Positions 9,405-19,186 of a DNA stretch of 64,000 nucleotides are shown in pieces. The notes below the pieces were generated by a model. The model was not told the DNA's origin, did no database searches, and saw only the letters and a program-made list of their open reading frames with translations. Location of the stretch: positions 196,387 through 260,386 of the forward strand of contig JAHEDR010000001.1 of NCBI GenBank assembly GCA_024641095.1, written 5' to 3'. Made by a program: the position numbers and the translations under genes. The DNA is from Rhodoluna sp. (lineage in GTDB: Bacteria; Actinomycetota; Actinomycetes; Actinomycetales; Microbacteriaceae). Each line of letters begins with the position of its first letter. Position 1 is the stretch's first letter.

Positions 9405-10235
9405 GTGCTCATTCTCGCGGCTACACCTATCGGCAACCTGGCTGATGCCTCGCCACGCCTCATAGAGGCTTTGGTGGAATCCAAATTCATTGCCGCTGAA
9501 GATACTCGAAGTCTGCTCAAACTGGCCAATTCCCTGGGTATCAAGCTAAACGCAAGGCTATTTAGTTTGCACGAGCATAACGAGGGTGACCGCCTAACCC
9601 AAATTCTTGAAATCGCCACCGATACCGATGTGCTCGTGGTTAGCGACGCCGGTATGCCTACAGTTAGCGACCCAGGCTTTCTTTTGGTTAGAGCAGCTGT
9701 AGTTGCCGGTGTAGAGGTCACTGTCATTCCCGGTCCTTCTGCAGTGCTCAGCGCGCTCGCCGTATCGGGTTTGCCAACTGACAGATTCACCTTTGAAGGG
9801 TTCTTGCCTCGCAAGCAGGGCGATCGTCGCAAAATGTTTGCCTCACTCGCGCGCGAACCTCGCACAATGGTCTTTTTTGAATCGCCACACCGAATTCTTG
9901 AATCGCTGCAAGATGCAGTTCTGGAGTTGGGTGCCGAGCGTGCCGCGACTGTCTCGCGCGAGTTGACCAAGAAGTTTGAGCACACCGAACGCGGAACCTT
10001 AGAGCAGCTGGTGGAGTGGGCGAAGGGCGAACCCAAGGGCGAGATGGTCTTGGTGGTTGCCGGTGCAACGGCCGAAATCGTAAAGATCGAGGACCTGGTT
10101 GAACAGGTATTGGCATTGACCGCCGAGGGCGCAGGCCTCAAAGATGCAGTAGCCGAGATTGCATCGGCGGCAGGCGCAAGCAAGGGAGACCTTTACCAAT
10201 TGGTGCTCGAGCGCCGAAAGGCCAGCAAGTCCTAA
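9405..10235 (+). CDS. rsmI: 16S rRNA (cytidine1402-2'-O)-methyltransferase
   Basis: LILAATPIGNLADASPR, AEDTR, SDAGMP.VSDPG and FEGFLPRK motifs. Confidence 0.9.
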   Translation: MLILAATPIGNLADASPRLIEALVESKFIAAEDTRSLLKLANSLGIKLNARLFSLHEHNEGDRLTQILEIATDTDVLVVSDAGMPTVSDPGFLLVRAAVVAGVEVTVIPGPSAVLSALAVSGLPTDRFTFEGFLPRKQGDRRKMFASLAREPRTMVFFESPHRILESLQDAVLELGAERAATVSRELTKKFEHTERGTLEQLVEWAKGEPKGEMVLVVAGATAEIVKIEDLVEQVLALTAEGAGLKDAVAEIASAAGASKGDLYQLVLERRKASKS

Positions 10236-10259
10236 GTTCGCTGGGTTAAGATTGAACCC

Positions 10260-11876
10260 ATGTCAGCAAACAAGGGTAAATCGTTCTATGTAACGACCCC
10301 AATCTTCTACGTCAATGACGCCCCGCACATCGGTCACGCATACACCGAGGTAGCTGCGGACGTTTTGGCACGCTGGCACCGTCAGCGCGGCGAGCAGTCG
10401 TTCCTATTGACCGGAACTGACGAGCACGGTGAAAAGATTCTGCGCACCGCTGCGGCCAACAAGACCACACCTCAGGAGTGGGCTGACAAATTGGTAGAAG
10501 AGGCCTGGTTGCCGCTTCTAGAAACCATTGACATAAACAACCAAGATTTCATTCGCACCACCGAGCCTCGTCACGAGAAAAATGTGCAGGTATTTCTGCA
10601 GCACCTTTACGACACCGGTTTTATCTATCGGGGTTCTTACGAGGGTAATTACTGCGTGGGTTGCGAGGAGTACAAGACCGAGGGTGACCTAATTGACGGC
10701 GAGGGCGACTTTGCTGGGCAGCAGGTTTGCGCCATTCACTCAAAGCCGGTCGAGAAGCTTCAAGAAACCAACTACTTCTTTAAGTTGAGCGAGTTCTCTC
10801 AGGCCCTTTTGGATTTCTACGAGGCAACCCCAACTTTCATTCAGCCAGACTCTGCGCGCAACGAAGTTATGGCATTCGTGCGTCGCGGTCTAGACGATCT
10901 TTCAATCTCACGCTCGAAAGAAAAGTTTGACTGGGGTATTGATATTCCTTGGGACGACAGCCACATCACCTACGTGTGGTTTGACGCGCTACTGAACTAC
11001 ATCACCGCAATTGGTTATGGCGAGGACGACGCAGCTTCTAAGGCAAAGTTTGAACAGCTCTGGCCAGCAAGCGTGCAGGTTGTTGGTAAAGACATTCTTC
11101 GTTTTCACGCGGTGATCTGGCCAGCAATGTTGATGGCTGCCGGTCTTGCTCCGGCGAATCAAGTTTTTGGTCACGGTTGGTTGCTTGTTGGCGGCGAGAA
11201 AATGTCAAAGTCAAAGCTCACCGGTATTGCACCTGCGCAAATCACCGACACCTTTGGTTCGGATGCATTCCGCTACTACTTCATGAAGGCAATTGCTTTT
11301 GGCAGTGACGGCTCGTTCTCTTGGGAAGATCTTTCAGCCAGATACCAGTCTGAGTTGGCTAACGGATTCGGAAACCTGGCTTCACGCGTAATTGCAATGG
11401 TGCACCGCTACTTTGAGGGCGTGCTCCCAGCTGCCGGCGAATACACCGATGCCGACTTGCAGGTGCAGAACATTGCTAAGGCTGCCGTTGCAGATGCAGA
11501 TGCCGCTATCCAGAAGGTTGCCATTCACGATGCAATCGGCGCCGTTTGGACTTTGGTTGATGAACTAAACAACTACATCACCGTGCAAGAGCCGTGGGTA
11601 CTTGCCAAGGACGAAGCAACTCGTGGTCGTTTGGCAACAGTGCTCAACACAACCGTTGAGGGTCTTCGTGTGCTTGCAGTTCTGTTGAACCCAATCACGC
11701 CAAAGGCAACGGCAAAGTTGTGGGCTGCAATCGGCACAACTCTTGGTGCACTAGATGATCAGCCGCTTGCCGACGCTGGAACTTGGAGTCAGTTCAAGGC
11801 TGGTGCTGCAATTGCCGAACTTGAGGCTTTGTTCCCGCGCATCGAAACCACAGACGAAAAAGCCGAAGAGAAGTAA
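10260..11876 (+). CDS. metG: methionine--tRNA ligase
   Basis: HIGH-type motif (APHIGHAYT), KMSKS and WFDAL motifs. Confidence 0.95.
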   Translation: MSANKGKSFYVTTPIFYVNDAPHIGHAYTEVAADVLARWHRQRGEQSFLLTGTDEHGEKILRTAAANKTTPQEWADKLVEEAWLPLLETIDINNQDFIRTTEPRHEKNVQVFLQHLYDTGFIYRGSYEGNYCVGCEEYKTEGDLIDGEGDFAGQQVCAIHSKPVEKLQETNYFFKLSEFSQALLDFYEATPTFIQPDSARNEVMAFVRRGLDDLSISRSKEKFDWGIDIPWDDSHITYVWFDALLNYITAIGYGEDDAASKAKFEQLWPASVQVVGKDILRFHAVIWPAMLMAAGLAPANQVFGHGWLLVGGEKMSKSKLTGIAPAQITDTFGSDAFRYYFMKAIAFGSDGSFSWEDLSARYQSELANGFGNLASRVIAMVHRYFEGVLPAAGEYTDADLQVQNIAKAAVADADAAIQKVAIHDAIGAVWTLVDELNNYITVQEPWVLAKDEATRGRLATVLNTTVEGLRVLAVLLNPITPKATAKLWAAIGTTLGALDDQPLADAGTWSQFKAGAAIAELEALFPRIETTDEKAEEK

Positions 11877-12743
11877 TTGAAAGATCGCATCGCCCCAGCG
11901 TTTGCATCTGCCTTTGCGCCGGCACCTGAGCCGCTTGAGGTTGCCATTTACGACAACCACTGTCACCTTGAATTCGTATTCGACGAAGCCATCGGCGCCA
12001 TGCCATGGAAAGACAACCTAGACATCTCAGAAAGCGTTGGCATTAAGGGAGTGGTTCAAGTTGGCGTGACTTTGGAAAGTTCAAAGTGGTGTGCCGAGTT
12101 GGCCGAAAAAGATTCGCGTGTTTTGGCTGCGGTTGCACTGCACCCAAACGAAGCTCCACTTTATGAAAACGTGAGCGCCCTTGATGCCGCAATCGCGCAG
12201 ATTGCCGAACTGGCAACCAAGCCTCGCGTGCGTGCAATTGGCGAGACCGGTTTGGATTTCTTCCGCACCGAGGGCGAAGACAGCATCAAATTGCAAAAGC
12301 ATTCTTTTGAAGAACACGTTCGCATCGCTAAAGAAAACAACATTGCACTAATGATTCACGACCGCGATGCTCACGCCGATGTTGTTGAAACACTAATGCG
12401 CGTGGGTGCACCAGAAAAGGTTGTGTTCCACTGCTACTCGGGCGAGACAGACTTGGCGCAGATCTGCATCGAAAACGGCTGGTACATGTCATTCGCGGGC
12501 AACATCACAATCAAGCGCAATCAACACCTTCGCGATTCTTTGATGATGGCACCAAAGGAATTGATTCTGATTGAAACCGATGCTCCGTTCTTGGCACCGG
12601 AGCCATACCGCGGCCGACCAAACGCCCCATACCTGGTGCCGGTAACGGCAAGATTTATGGCCGAGACCCGCGGTGAAGATTTGAACCAACTGTGTGAGCA
12701 ACTTGCCACCAACACTGAGACCGTTTACGGTACGTGGGCCTAA
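11877..12743 (+). CDS. tatD: TatD family metal-dependent hydrolase
   Basis: DNHCHLEF, AIGETGLDF, IHDRDAH, FHCYSG and ETDAPFL motifs. The TTG start directly abuts the metG stop, so the start is uncertain. Confidence 0.85.
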   Translation: MKDRIAPAFASAFAPAPEPLEVAIYDNHCHLEFVFDEAIGAMPWKDNLDISESVGIKGVVQVGVTLESSKWCAELAEKDSRVLAAVALHPNEAPLYENVSALDAAIAQIAELATKPRVRAIGETGLDFFRTEGEDSIKLQKHSFEEHVRIAKENNIALMIHDRDAHADVVETLMRVGAPEKVVFHCYSGETDLAQICIENGWYMSFAGNITIKRNQHLRDSLMMAPKELILIETDAPFLAPEPYRGRPNAPYLVPVTARFMAETRGEDLNQLCEQLATNTETVYGTWA

Positions 12744-13576
12744 TGGTTGAACTCCTAGGCGCAGTAGACATTCGTGAACTTGCTTCACGACTTGATGTCA
12801 CACCAACCAAAAAACTTGGCCAGAATTTTGTGACAGACCCAAATACCATTCGTCGCATCGTTGCCGCTGCCAAGCTAACTGGCACCGAGACAGTGGTTGA
12901 AATTGGGCCAGGTCTGGGTTCGCTAACTCTTGGGTTGCTTGAGGTAGCTAAAAAAGTTATTGCCGTGGAGATTGATCCAAAGATGGCGGCAGAGCTAGAG
13001 GCAACAATTTCAAAGCGTGCGCCTGGAACTGACTTCACCCTGGTTAGAAACGACGCTCTAAAAGTCACCGAGTTACCTGCAGCGCCAGATGCACTGGTTG
13101 CCAACCTGCCTTACAACATCTCGGTTCCAGTGCTGCTGCACTTTTTGGAGCAGTTTGATTCACTACAAACCGGATTGGTATTGGTGCAGGCAGAGGTGGC
13201 TCACCGCCTTGCAGCCACACCGGGTTCCAAGATCTATGGAATTCCAAGCGTGAAACTGGCTTGGTATGCAGACTCGGCATTGGCAGGAAACGTGGGCCGC
13301 AATATTTTCTGGCCGGTACCAAACGTTGATTCCGCACTGGTCTACTTTTCAAAGCGCAAGACTCCACTGGGTGACGAAGCGTTGCGCTTGGTCACCTTTG
13401 AAGTGGCCGATGCCGCATTTGGCCAGCGTCGCAAAACTTTGCGACAGGCCCTGGCTGCCTGGGCTGGTTCACCGGCAGAGGCCGAGCGAATTCTTATTGC
13501 GGCGGGCGTTAGCCCACAGGCCCGTGGTGAGGAACTTGATGTACATCAGTTCGTTGCGATTGCGAAGGCAAAGTAA
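12734..13576 (+). CDS. rsmA: 16S rRNA (adenine1518/1519-N6)-dimethyltransferase
   Basis: KKLGQNFV, VVEIGPGLGSLT, NLPYNIS and FGQRRKTL motifs. It overlaps tatD by 10 nt. Confidence 0.9.
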   Translation: MGLMVELLGAVDIRELASRLDVTPTKKLGQNFVTDPNTIRRIVAAAKLTGTETVVEIGPGLGSLTLGLLEVAKKVIAVEIDPKMAAELEATISKRAPGTDFTLVRNDALKVTELPAAPDALVANLPYNISVPVLLHFLEQFDSLQTGLVLVQAEVAHRLAATPGSKIYGIPSVKLAWYADSALAGNVGRNIFWPVPNVDSALVYFSKRKTPLGDEALRLVTFEVADAAFGQRRKTLRQALAAWAGSPAEAERILIAAGVSPQARGEELDVHQFVAIAKAK

Positions 13577-13881
13577 TGGCTATCGCTTTCAAACTGCAAG
13601 AAGATTTTGAATCGGGACTTGGTCAACTTTTCTCGATTTTGAGTGATGTTAGTTCTTGGGTTGTCTTTGATCGTCCACGCCTTATCTCTGCCAAAAACGG
13701 GGAAGTGCGTTTGGCATTTGAAGATAACTCTCGTGCGGTAATTTCTTTTGAAATTATTGAGGGTGGCGTACGAGCAAATATCGTTCACGAATTAATCAGT
13801 GATGAAGCTCAGGTGAAGGCCAAGCAACTTTACTGGTCAGAGGTTATGGCTGGTATGCACCGCAGATTGGACAGAATCTGA
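13576..13881 (+). CDS. hypothetical 101-aa protein wedged between rsmA and ispE
   Basis: Its ATG overlaps the rsmA stop (TAATG) and its stop overlaps the ispE start (TGATG). It has no TM segment and I recognise no family with confidence; it is possibly SRPBCC-like. Confidence 0.5.
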   Translation: MAIAFKLQEDFESGLGQLFSILSDVSSWVVFDRPRLISAKNGEVRLAFEDNSRAVISFEIIEGGVRANIVHELISDEAQVKAKQLYWSEVMAGMHRRLDRI

Positions 13882-14810
13882 TGCACCAGGTAACTGTGAG
13901 CGCTCCGGGCAAAATAAATATCTACTTTGCAGTTGGGCCACTGAAGCCAGATCACTATCACGATGTGGTCAGTGTTTATCAGGCGCTTAATCTTCGCGAG
14001 CAGGTAACGGTTTCAGCAAGCGATGACTGGCAGGTGCAGGTATCGGGTGCGCTTTCGAGCGAACAAATTGCAGCAGTACCAACCGGGCACGAAAATCTGG
14101 TGGTAAAAGCCGCACATGAAATTTCAAAGCTGGCACAAATTGGCAACCCGCATCCGGTGAGATTTGAAATTACAAAAAATGTTCCGGTTGCCGGCGGCAT
14201 GGGTGGCGGTTCAGCAGATGCAGCTGCAGCACTAATGGCCGTTGATGAGCTTTGGTGCACTGGTGTGCCCGGTGAAAAATTACTTGACGCAGCAGCAGCC
14301 CTTGGTGCCGACATTCCTTTTGCGCTGCTAGGTGGCACAGCACTTGGTACAGGCCGCGGCGAGGACCTGCGCCCAATCGAGGGTGTGCAGCGTTTGCACT
14401 GGGTATTGGTGACCAACGATGGCGGCCTCAGCACGCCAAGTGTTTATCAGCGCCTAGATCAGTTGCGTGCCGAGCGCGGCGAGGACCCAACGCAGGTAGG
14501 CACACCTCAGGCTCCAAGCCAACTTCTAGAGGCGTTGCTTACCGGCGACCCACATCAGGTGGCACAGCACTTGCACAATGATCTTCAAGAAGCAGCGGTG
14601 GATCTAATGCCCGAGCTTGCTCAAACCATGCAGGCGGGTCTAGAGGCCGGTGCGATTGCCGCCATGGTTTCTGGTTCTGGCCCAACTGTGGCTCTGCTGG
14701 CGCAAGATCTAGAGCACGCCAACCAAGTAGCCAGCAAACTAACTTCAATTGGCCACAATGCAATTTCAACCTTTGGCCCAGCAGCCGGAACAATTCTGGA
14801 GGCAAACTAG
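13881..14810 (+). CDS. ispE: 4-(cytidine 5'-diphospho)-2-C-methyl-D-erythritol kinase
   Basis: APGKINIYF and the GHMP-kinase motif NVPVAGGMGGGSADAAAAL. Confidence 0.9.
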   Translation: MHQVTVSAPGKINIYFAVGPLKPDHYHDVVSVYQALNLREQVTVSASDDWQVQVSGALSSEQIAAVPTGHENLVVKAAHEISKLAQIGNPHPVRFEITKNVPVAGGMGGGSADAAAALMAVDELWCTGVPGEKLLDAAAALGADIPFALLGGTALGTGRGEDLRPIEGVQRLHWVLVTNDGGLSTPSVYQRLDQLRAERGEDPTQVGTPQAPSQLLEALLTGDPHQVAQHLHNDLQEAAVDLMPELAQTMQAGLEAGAIAAMVSGSGPTVALLAQDLEHANQVASKLTSIGHNAISTFGPAAGTILEAN

Positions 14811-16606
14811 TGGCCCACCTACTTGGTGCAGAAAACATCTCTTTGGAATTTCCAACCAAGAAGGTATTTGATCAAATCACCGTTGGCGTAAACGACGGCG
14901 ACAGAATTGGAATCGTTGGTCGCAACGGTGACGGTAAATCCACGCTGCTCAAACTTTTGGCAAAGCGCATGAACCCCGACGACGGCCGCATCACTCACCG
15001 CAACTCGCTCACCTTTGGCTTGCTTGATCAAGCAGATGTGATTGACCCGGGTCAAACAATTGGCGAGGCAGTGGTTGGCGATGTTTCTGAGCACATCTGG
15101 GCCGGCAATCCAAAAATTCGCGATGTAATTTCTGGTCTACTGAATGACCTTGATTGGAATAAGCAGGTTGGCGAGCTATCGGGTGGTCAACGCCGCCGCG
15201 TAGCTTTGGCAAAACTTTTGGTTCAAGATCTAGACATCGTGATGCTCGATGAGCCAACCAACCACTTGGACATTGAGGGAGTGGCGTGGCTTGCTCAACA
15301 CCTAAAGACTCGCTGGTCAAATAATTCCGGTGGGCTAATCGTGGTGACTCACGACCGCTGGTTCCTAGACGAAGTATGTAATCTCACCTGGGAAGTTCAC
15401 GACGGAGTAATTGAACCGTTTGAAGGTGGCTACGCGGCATACATCTTGCAGCGCAACGAACGCGACCGAAGCGCAGCGGCATCTGAGGCCCGACGCCAAA
15501 ACCTAATGCGCAAGGAGTTGGCTTGGTTGCGCCGAGGTGCACCAGCTAGAACTACAAAACCAAAGTTTCGAATGGATGCAGCCGCCGAGCTAATTGCCAA
15601 CGAGCCAGAGCCTCGCGACCGCGTTGCACTTTCAAAGTTGGCCACCCAGCGACTTGGTAAGGACGTTCTTGATATCGAAAACCTCAACTACTCGGTTGGC
15701 GGGCGTGAATTACTTCACGATGTGACTTGGCGACTTGGCCCGGGCGACCGCGTTGGTTTGGTTGGTGTAAATGGTGCCGGCAAAACCACTCTGCTCAAAT
15801 TGATTCAAGGAACTCTTGAACCAACTAAGGGGCTAATCAAACGGGGCAAGACAGTAAACATTGCCACCTTGAGTCAAGAGGTGCGCGAGCTTGACGAGTT
15901 TGCCGATGAACGCATTTTTAGTTTGATCGCTCGCGAAAAATCTTTCTTCGTGGTTGATAAAAAAGAAGTTGGCATTGGGCAGCTCGTTGAGCAACTTGGT
16001 TTTACTCAGGCGCAGCTGCAAACTCCAATATCGGATTTATCGGGTGGTCAAAAGCGCAGGCTTCAATTTTTGCGACTGCTCTTTGGCGAACCAAATGTTT
16101 TGATTCTCGACGAGCCAACCAACGACCTAGACACCGATATCCTCGCGGCGATGGAAGATTTGCTGGATGGCTGGCCTGGCACGTTGATTGTGGTCTCGCA
16201 CGACCGCTACCTGCTGGAGCGCGTAACCGATCAGCAGTACGCACTGCTTGGTGATGGCAGCTTGCGTCACCTACCTGGTGGGGTAGACCAGTACCTTGAG
16301 CTGCGAAAGCATTCGTTATCGGCTTCTAACGCCGGCTCGTCAAAACCCAAGGAGCAGGCGGCACATTCGCCGAAGCTCTCGGGCAGTGCCCTGCGCGATG
16401 CCGAGAAGAACTTGGCCCGTTTGGAACGCGCGCTAGAGAAGCTCAGCGGCGACGAAGCAAAACTGCACGAGCAAATGGCTACGCACGATCCAACCGATTA
16501 CCCAGCACTTGCCGAAATGGCCGCCAAGCAGGCTGAATACAACGCCAAGCGCGACCTACTTGAGTTGGATTGGCTAGAAGCTTCGGAGCTTCTGCAGGGC
16601 AAATAG
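14810..16606 (+). CDS. ABC-F family ATPase (Uup/EttA-like, two ABC cassettes, no TM domain)
   Basis: Two Walker A sites (GRNGDGKST, GVNGAGKTT), two signature motifs (LSGGQRRR, LSGGQKRR) and a C-terminal coiled-coil tail. The GTG start overlaps the ispE stop (TAGTG). Confidence 0.85.
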   Translation: MAHLLGAENISLEFPTKKVFDQITVGVNDGDRIGIVGRNGDGKSTLLKLLAKRMNPDDGRITHRNSLTFGLLDQADVIDPGQTIGEAVVGDVSEHIWAGNPKIRDVISGLLNDLDWNKQVGELSGGQRRRVALAKLLVQDLDIVMLDEPTNHLDIEGVAWLAQHLKTRWSNNSGGLIVVTHDRWFLDEVCNLTWEVHDGVIEPFEGGYAAYILQRNERDRSAAASEARRQNLMRKELAWLRRGAPARTTKPKFRMDAAAELIANEPEPRDRVALSKLATQRLGKDVLDIENLNYSVGGRELLHDVTWRLGPGDRVGLVGVNGAGKTTLLKLIQGTLEPTKGLIKRGKTVNIATLSQEVRELDEFADERIFSLIAREKSFFVVDKKEVGIGQLVEQLGFTQAQLQTPISDLSGGQKRRLQFLRLLFGEPNVLILDEPTNDLDTDILAAMEDLLDGWPGTLIVVSHDRYLLERVTDQQYALLGDGSLRHLPGGVDQYLELRKHSLSASNAGSSKPKEQAAHSPKLSGSALRDAEKNLARLERALEKLSGDEAKLHEQMATHDPTDYPALAEMAAKQAEYNAKRDLLELDWLEASELLQGK

Positions 16607-16669
16607 CCAAAGCGCGGGGGTATCGGGCTGCTTATCTGGCAGACTTATCTAGTGGGCCTCGGCCCACGT

Positions 16670-16740
16670 TCCCCTATGGTGTAATGGCAACACTCCGCTC
16701 TTTGGATGCGGCGTTCTAGGTTCGAGTCCTGGTGGGGGAG
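16670..16740 (+). tRNA. tRNA-Gln (anticodon TTG)
   Basis: Hand fold: acceptor TCCCCTA/TGGGGGA (U1-A72), D arm GTGT-AATGGCA-ACAC, and anticodon stem CCGC(T)/(T)GCGG with a T-T mismatch at 31:39. The loop is C-T-TTG-G-A (anticodon 16702-16704), the T arm is CTAGG-TTCGAGT-CCTGG, and the discriminator is G. CCA is not encoded. The gene sits upstream of glmU, as in other actinobacteria. Confidence 0.85.
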
Positions 16741-16767
16741 CAAGCAGTGCCTACCAATAGGAGCGTA

Positions 16768-18183
16768 ATGAGCGAGAAGCATCTTGCAGTCGTGGTTTTG
16801 GCTGCTGGCGAAGGCACTCGCATGCGTTCCAAGAAGCCAAAGGTTATGCACGAACTTGCCGGGCTTCCACTTCTAGGTCACGTATTGGCCACAGCAACGT
16901 CACTTGGTGCGGCACATGTTATTCCAGTGATTCGCCACCAAAAAGAAGCGCTCACCGATTACATCAACGCCTTTTACCCAACAGTCAAAATTGCGCACCA
17001 AGACGAAGTGCCTGGCACCGGTCGTGCAGTTGAGTGTGGTTTGGAATCTTTGCCAAGCGATTTCAACGGTGCAGTAATCGTGACCAGTGGCGATGTTCCA
17101 CTTCTTGATGTTCCAACTCTTGAATCTTTGCTAGAAGCTCACCTTGAGGGTAGCTACGCGGCAACCGTTTTGACCGCAATCGTCGAAGACCCAACCGGCT
17201 ATGGCCGAGTGATTCGCAGCAACGACGGTAAGTTCATTCAGATCGTTGAGCACCGCGATGCCGATACCGAGCAGCTTGAAATCAGCGAAGTAAATGCCGG
17301 CGTCTATGTTTTTGATGCAGCGCACCTTCGCAGCGCTTTGGCCAAGGTTGGTTCGCACAACGCCCAGGGCGAGAAGTACCTAACCGATGTCGCAGCCGAG
17401 CTGCTTCAAGCTGGTAAAAAAGTTCAGGCACTTGCAGTCAGCGACAACTGGTTGGTTGCCGGCATTAATGACCGCGTTCAGCTATCTGAAGTTGCAGCCG
17501 AACTCAACTACCGCATCTGCGAAGCATGGCAGCGCGCGGGTGTCACCATTCTTGACCCAAGCTCAACTTGGATTGACGTCACCGTGCAAATCGGCGAAGA
17601 CGTAACACTTTTGCCAGGCACTTACCTAAAGGGCTTCACCACGATTGGCGCTGGTTCAAACATTGGCCCTGAAGTTGTAATCACCGATACCCAGATTGGC
17701 GACTCTGCGACTGTCATTAAGGCGCACGTCACAGGTTCAAAGATCGGCGAAGGCGCATCGGTTGGTCCTTTTGCTTACCTGCGCCCTGGCACAGACCTTG
17801 GTGCAGACGGCAAGATTGGCACATTCGTTGAGACTAAGAACGCCAAGATTGGCCGCGGTTCAAAGGTTCCGCACCTGAGCTACGTGGGCGATGCCGAGAT
17901 TGGTGAAGAAACCAACATTGGTGCGGGCACGATTTTTGCAAACTACGACGGCATCAACAAGCACAAGAGCAAGATTGGTTCGCATGTGCGATCTGGCTCG
18001 CATAACGTCTTCGTTGCACCGATTACTATTGGTGATGGAGCCTACACAGCAGCAGGCACCGTGGTTCGTAAAGATGTAGCTTCAGGCGAGTTGGCCATGA
18101 ATGTTGCACCTCAGCGAAACCTCGCCGGTTGGGTAGTCGCAAACCGCCCAGGCACAAAATCTGCTGAAGCTTCAAAAAACTAA
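16768..18183 (+). CDS. glmU: bifunctional UDP-N-acetylglucosamine diphosphorylase / glucosamine-1-phosphate N-acetyltransferase
   Basis: LAAGEGTRMRS motif and C-terminal hexapeptide repeats. I chose the ATG at 16768 (MSEKHLAVVVLAAG) because the listed start at 16732 lies inside the tRNA. Confidence 0.9.
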   Translation: MSEKHLAVVVLAAGEGTRMRSKKPKVMHELAGLPLLGHVLATATSLGAAHVIPVIRHQKEALTDYINAFYPTVKIAHQDEVPGTGRAVECGLESLPSDFNGAVIVTSGDVPLLDVPTLESLLEAHLEGSYAATVLTAIVEDPTGYGRVIRSNDGKFIQIVEHRDADTEQLEISEVNAGVYVFDAAHLRSALAKVGSHNAQGEKYLTDVAAELLQAGKKVQALAVSDNWLVAGINDRVQLSEVAAELNYRICEAWQRAGVTILDPSSTWIDVTVQIGEDVTLLPGTYLKGFTTIGAGSNIGPEVVITDTQIGDSATVIKAHVTGSKIGEGASVGPFAYLRPGTDLGADGKIGTFVETKNAKIGRGSKVPHLSYVGDAEIGEETNIGAGTIFANYDGINKHKSKIGSHVRSGSHNVFVAPITIGDGAYTAAGTVVRKDVASGELAMNVAPQRNLAGWVVANRPGTKSAEASKN

Positions 18184-18211
18184 ACAACATCAAAAAGAGC
18201 GGGAGCCCACA

Positions 18212-19186
18212 TTGGATATCACAGCGAGCAACAGCAAGCGCCTAGTGATCGTGAGTGGCCGTGCGCACCAGCACCTCGCCGATGAAGTCGCCGAGATCCT
18301 CGGTACCAAGGTTGTACCAACCACCGCTTACGACTTTGCCAATGGTGAGACTTTCGTTCGATACGAAGAATCTGTTCGTGGTGTTGATGCGTTTGTAATT
18401 CAGTCTCACGCCGCAGGAATCAACAACTGGGTTATGGAACAGCTTTTGATGGTTGACGCTTTGAAGCGTGCCAGCGCAAAGCGCATCACAGTTGTGGCCC
18501 CATTCTTTCCATACGCGCGTCAAGACAAGAAGCACAAGGGTCGCGAGCCAATCTCTGCTCGTTTGATGACAGACCTTTTCAAGGCAGCCGGTGCAAACCG
18601 TTTGATGTCAGTTGATTTGCACACTCCACAGATTCAGGGTTTCTTCGACGGACCGGTTGACCACCTTTGGGCATTGCCTATGTTGGCCGATCACGTGAAA
18701 GAGCGTTTTGGCGATGAACTACTTACCGTGGTTTCTCCAGACTCAGGTCGCGTGCGCGTTGCCGACATCTGGGCAGAGCGTCTAGGTGCGCCGCTGGCAA
18801 TCATTCACAAGCGTCGCGATCCAGATCGCCCAAACCAGGTTGAGGCTCACGAGCTTGTTGGTGACGTAAAGGGCCGCACCTGTTTGCTGGTTGACGACAT
18901 GATTGATACCGCAGGCACAATCGTTGCCGCTGCTAAGGCTTTGAAAGACAACGGCGCTGCCCGAGTTATCGTTGCCGCGACCCACGCGGTGTTCTCAAAC
19001 CCGGCGGTTGAAAGACTTTCAAGCGGTGTGGTTGACGAGGTAATCGTCACAAACACCCTGCCAATCACTCGTGAAAAGCAGTTCGACAACCTGACCGTTT
19101 TATCTATTGCTCCGCTGATTGCTGCTGCAATTAGCGCGGTATTCGGCGATGACTCAGTAAACAAGTTGTTCCCGGGCCACGCCTAA
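18212..19186 (+). CDS. prs: ribose-phosphate diphosphokinase
   Basis: PYARQDKK, DLH..QIQGFF and the LVDDMIDTAGT PRPP-binding motif. TTG start. Confidence 0.95.
   Translation: MDITASNSKRLVIVSGRAHQHLADEVAEILGTKVVPTTAYDFANGETFVRYEESVRGVDAFVIQSHAAGINNWVMEQLLMVDALKRASAKRITVVAPFFPYARQDKKHKGREPISARLMTDLFKAAGANRLMSVDLHTPQIQGFFDGPVDHLWALPMLADHVKERFGDELLTVVSPDSGRVRVADIWAERLGAPLAIIHKRRDPDRPNQVEAHELVGDVKGRTCLLVDDMIDTAGTIVAAAKALKDNGAARVIVAATHAVFSNPAVERLSSGVVDEVIVTNTLPITREKQFDNLTVLSIAPLIAAAISAVFGDDSVNKLFPGHA

Noticed and set aside
9377-10183. 268-aa minus-strand ORF covering almost all of rsmI
   Set aside because: It is the antisense shadow of a gene with unambiguous RsmI motifs. Its translation is low-complexity and Ser/Ala/Arg-rich, with no recognisable domain or SD.
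10236-10259. T-box / riboswitch leaders upstream of metG, hisS (25158-25181) and ilvA (33039-33112)
   Set aside because: The intergenic gaps are only 24, 24 and about 70 nt, too short for a T-box or a known amino-acid riboswitch, and I saw no specifier or terminator-antiterminator structure.
12655-14434. Long minus-strand ORFs inside rsmA and ispE (149 and 151 aa). Similar shadow ORFs occur inside ilvA (33571-34056), phoH2 (37405-37860), fumC (40091-40549) and mfd.
   Set aside because: All are antisense or alternative-frame shadows of genes with clear family motifs. They are Ala/Ser/Arg/Pro-rich low-complexity translations without independent signals.
16670-16740. tRNA genes (here and at 31440-31515) as integration sites flanking a genomic island
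   Set aside because: No integrase, recombinase or phage genes follow either tRNA. I found no direct repeat of a tRNA 3' end downstream. The flanking genes (glmU-prs; lemA-htpX) are housekeeping and syntenic.
16732-16767. Listed glmU start at 16732
   Set aside because: It would place the first 9 nt of the CDS inside the tRNA-Gln gene. The ATG at 16768 gives the canonical N-terminus just before LAAGEGTRM.
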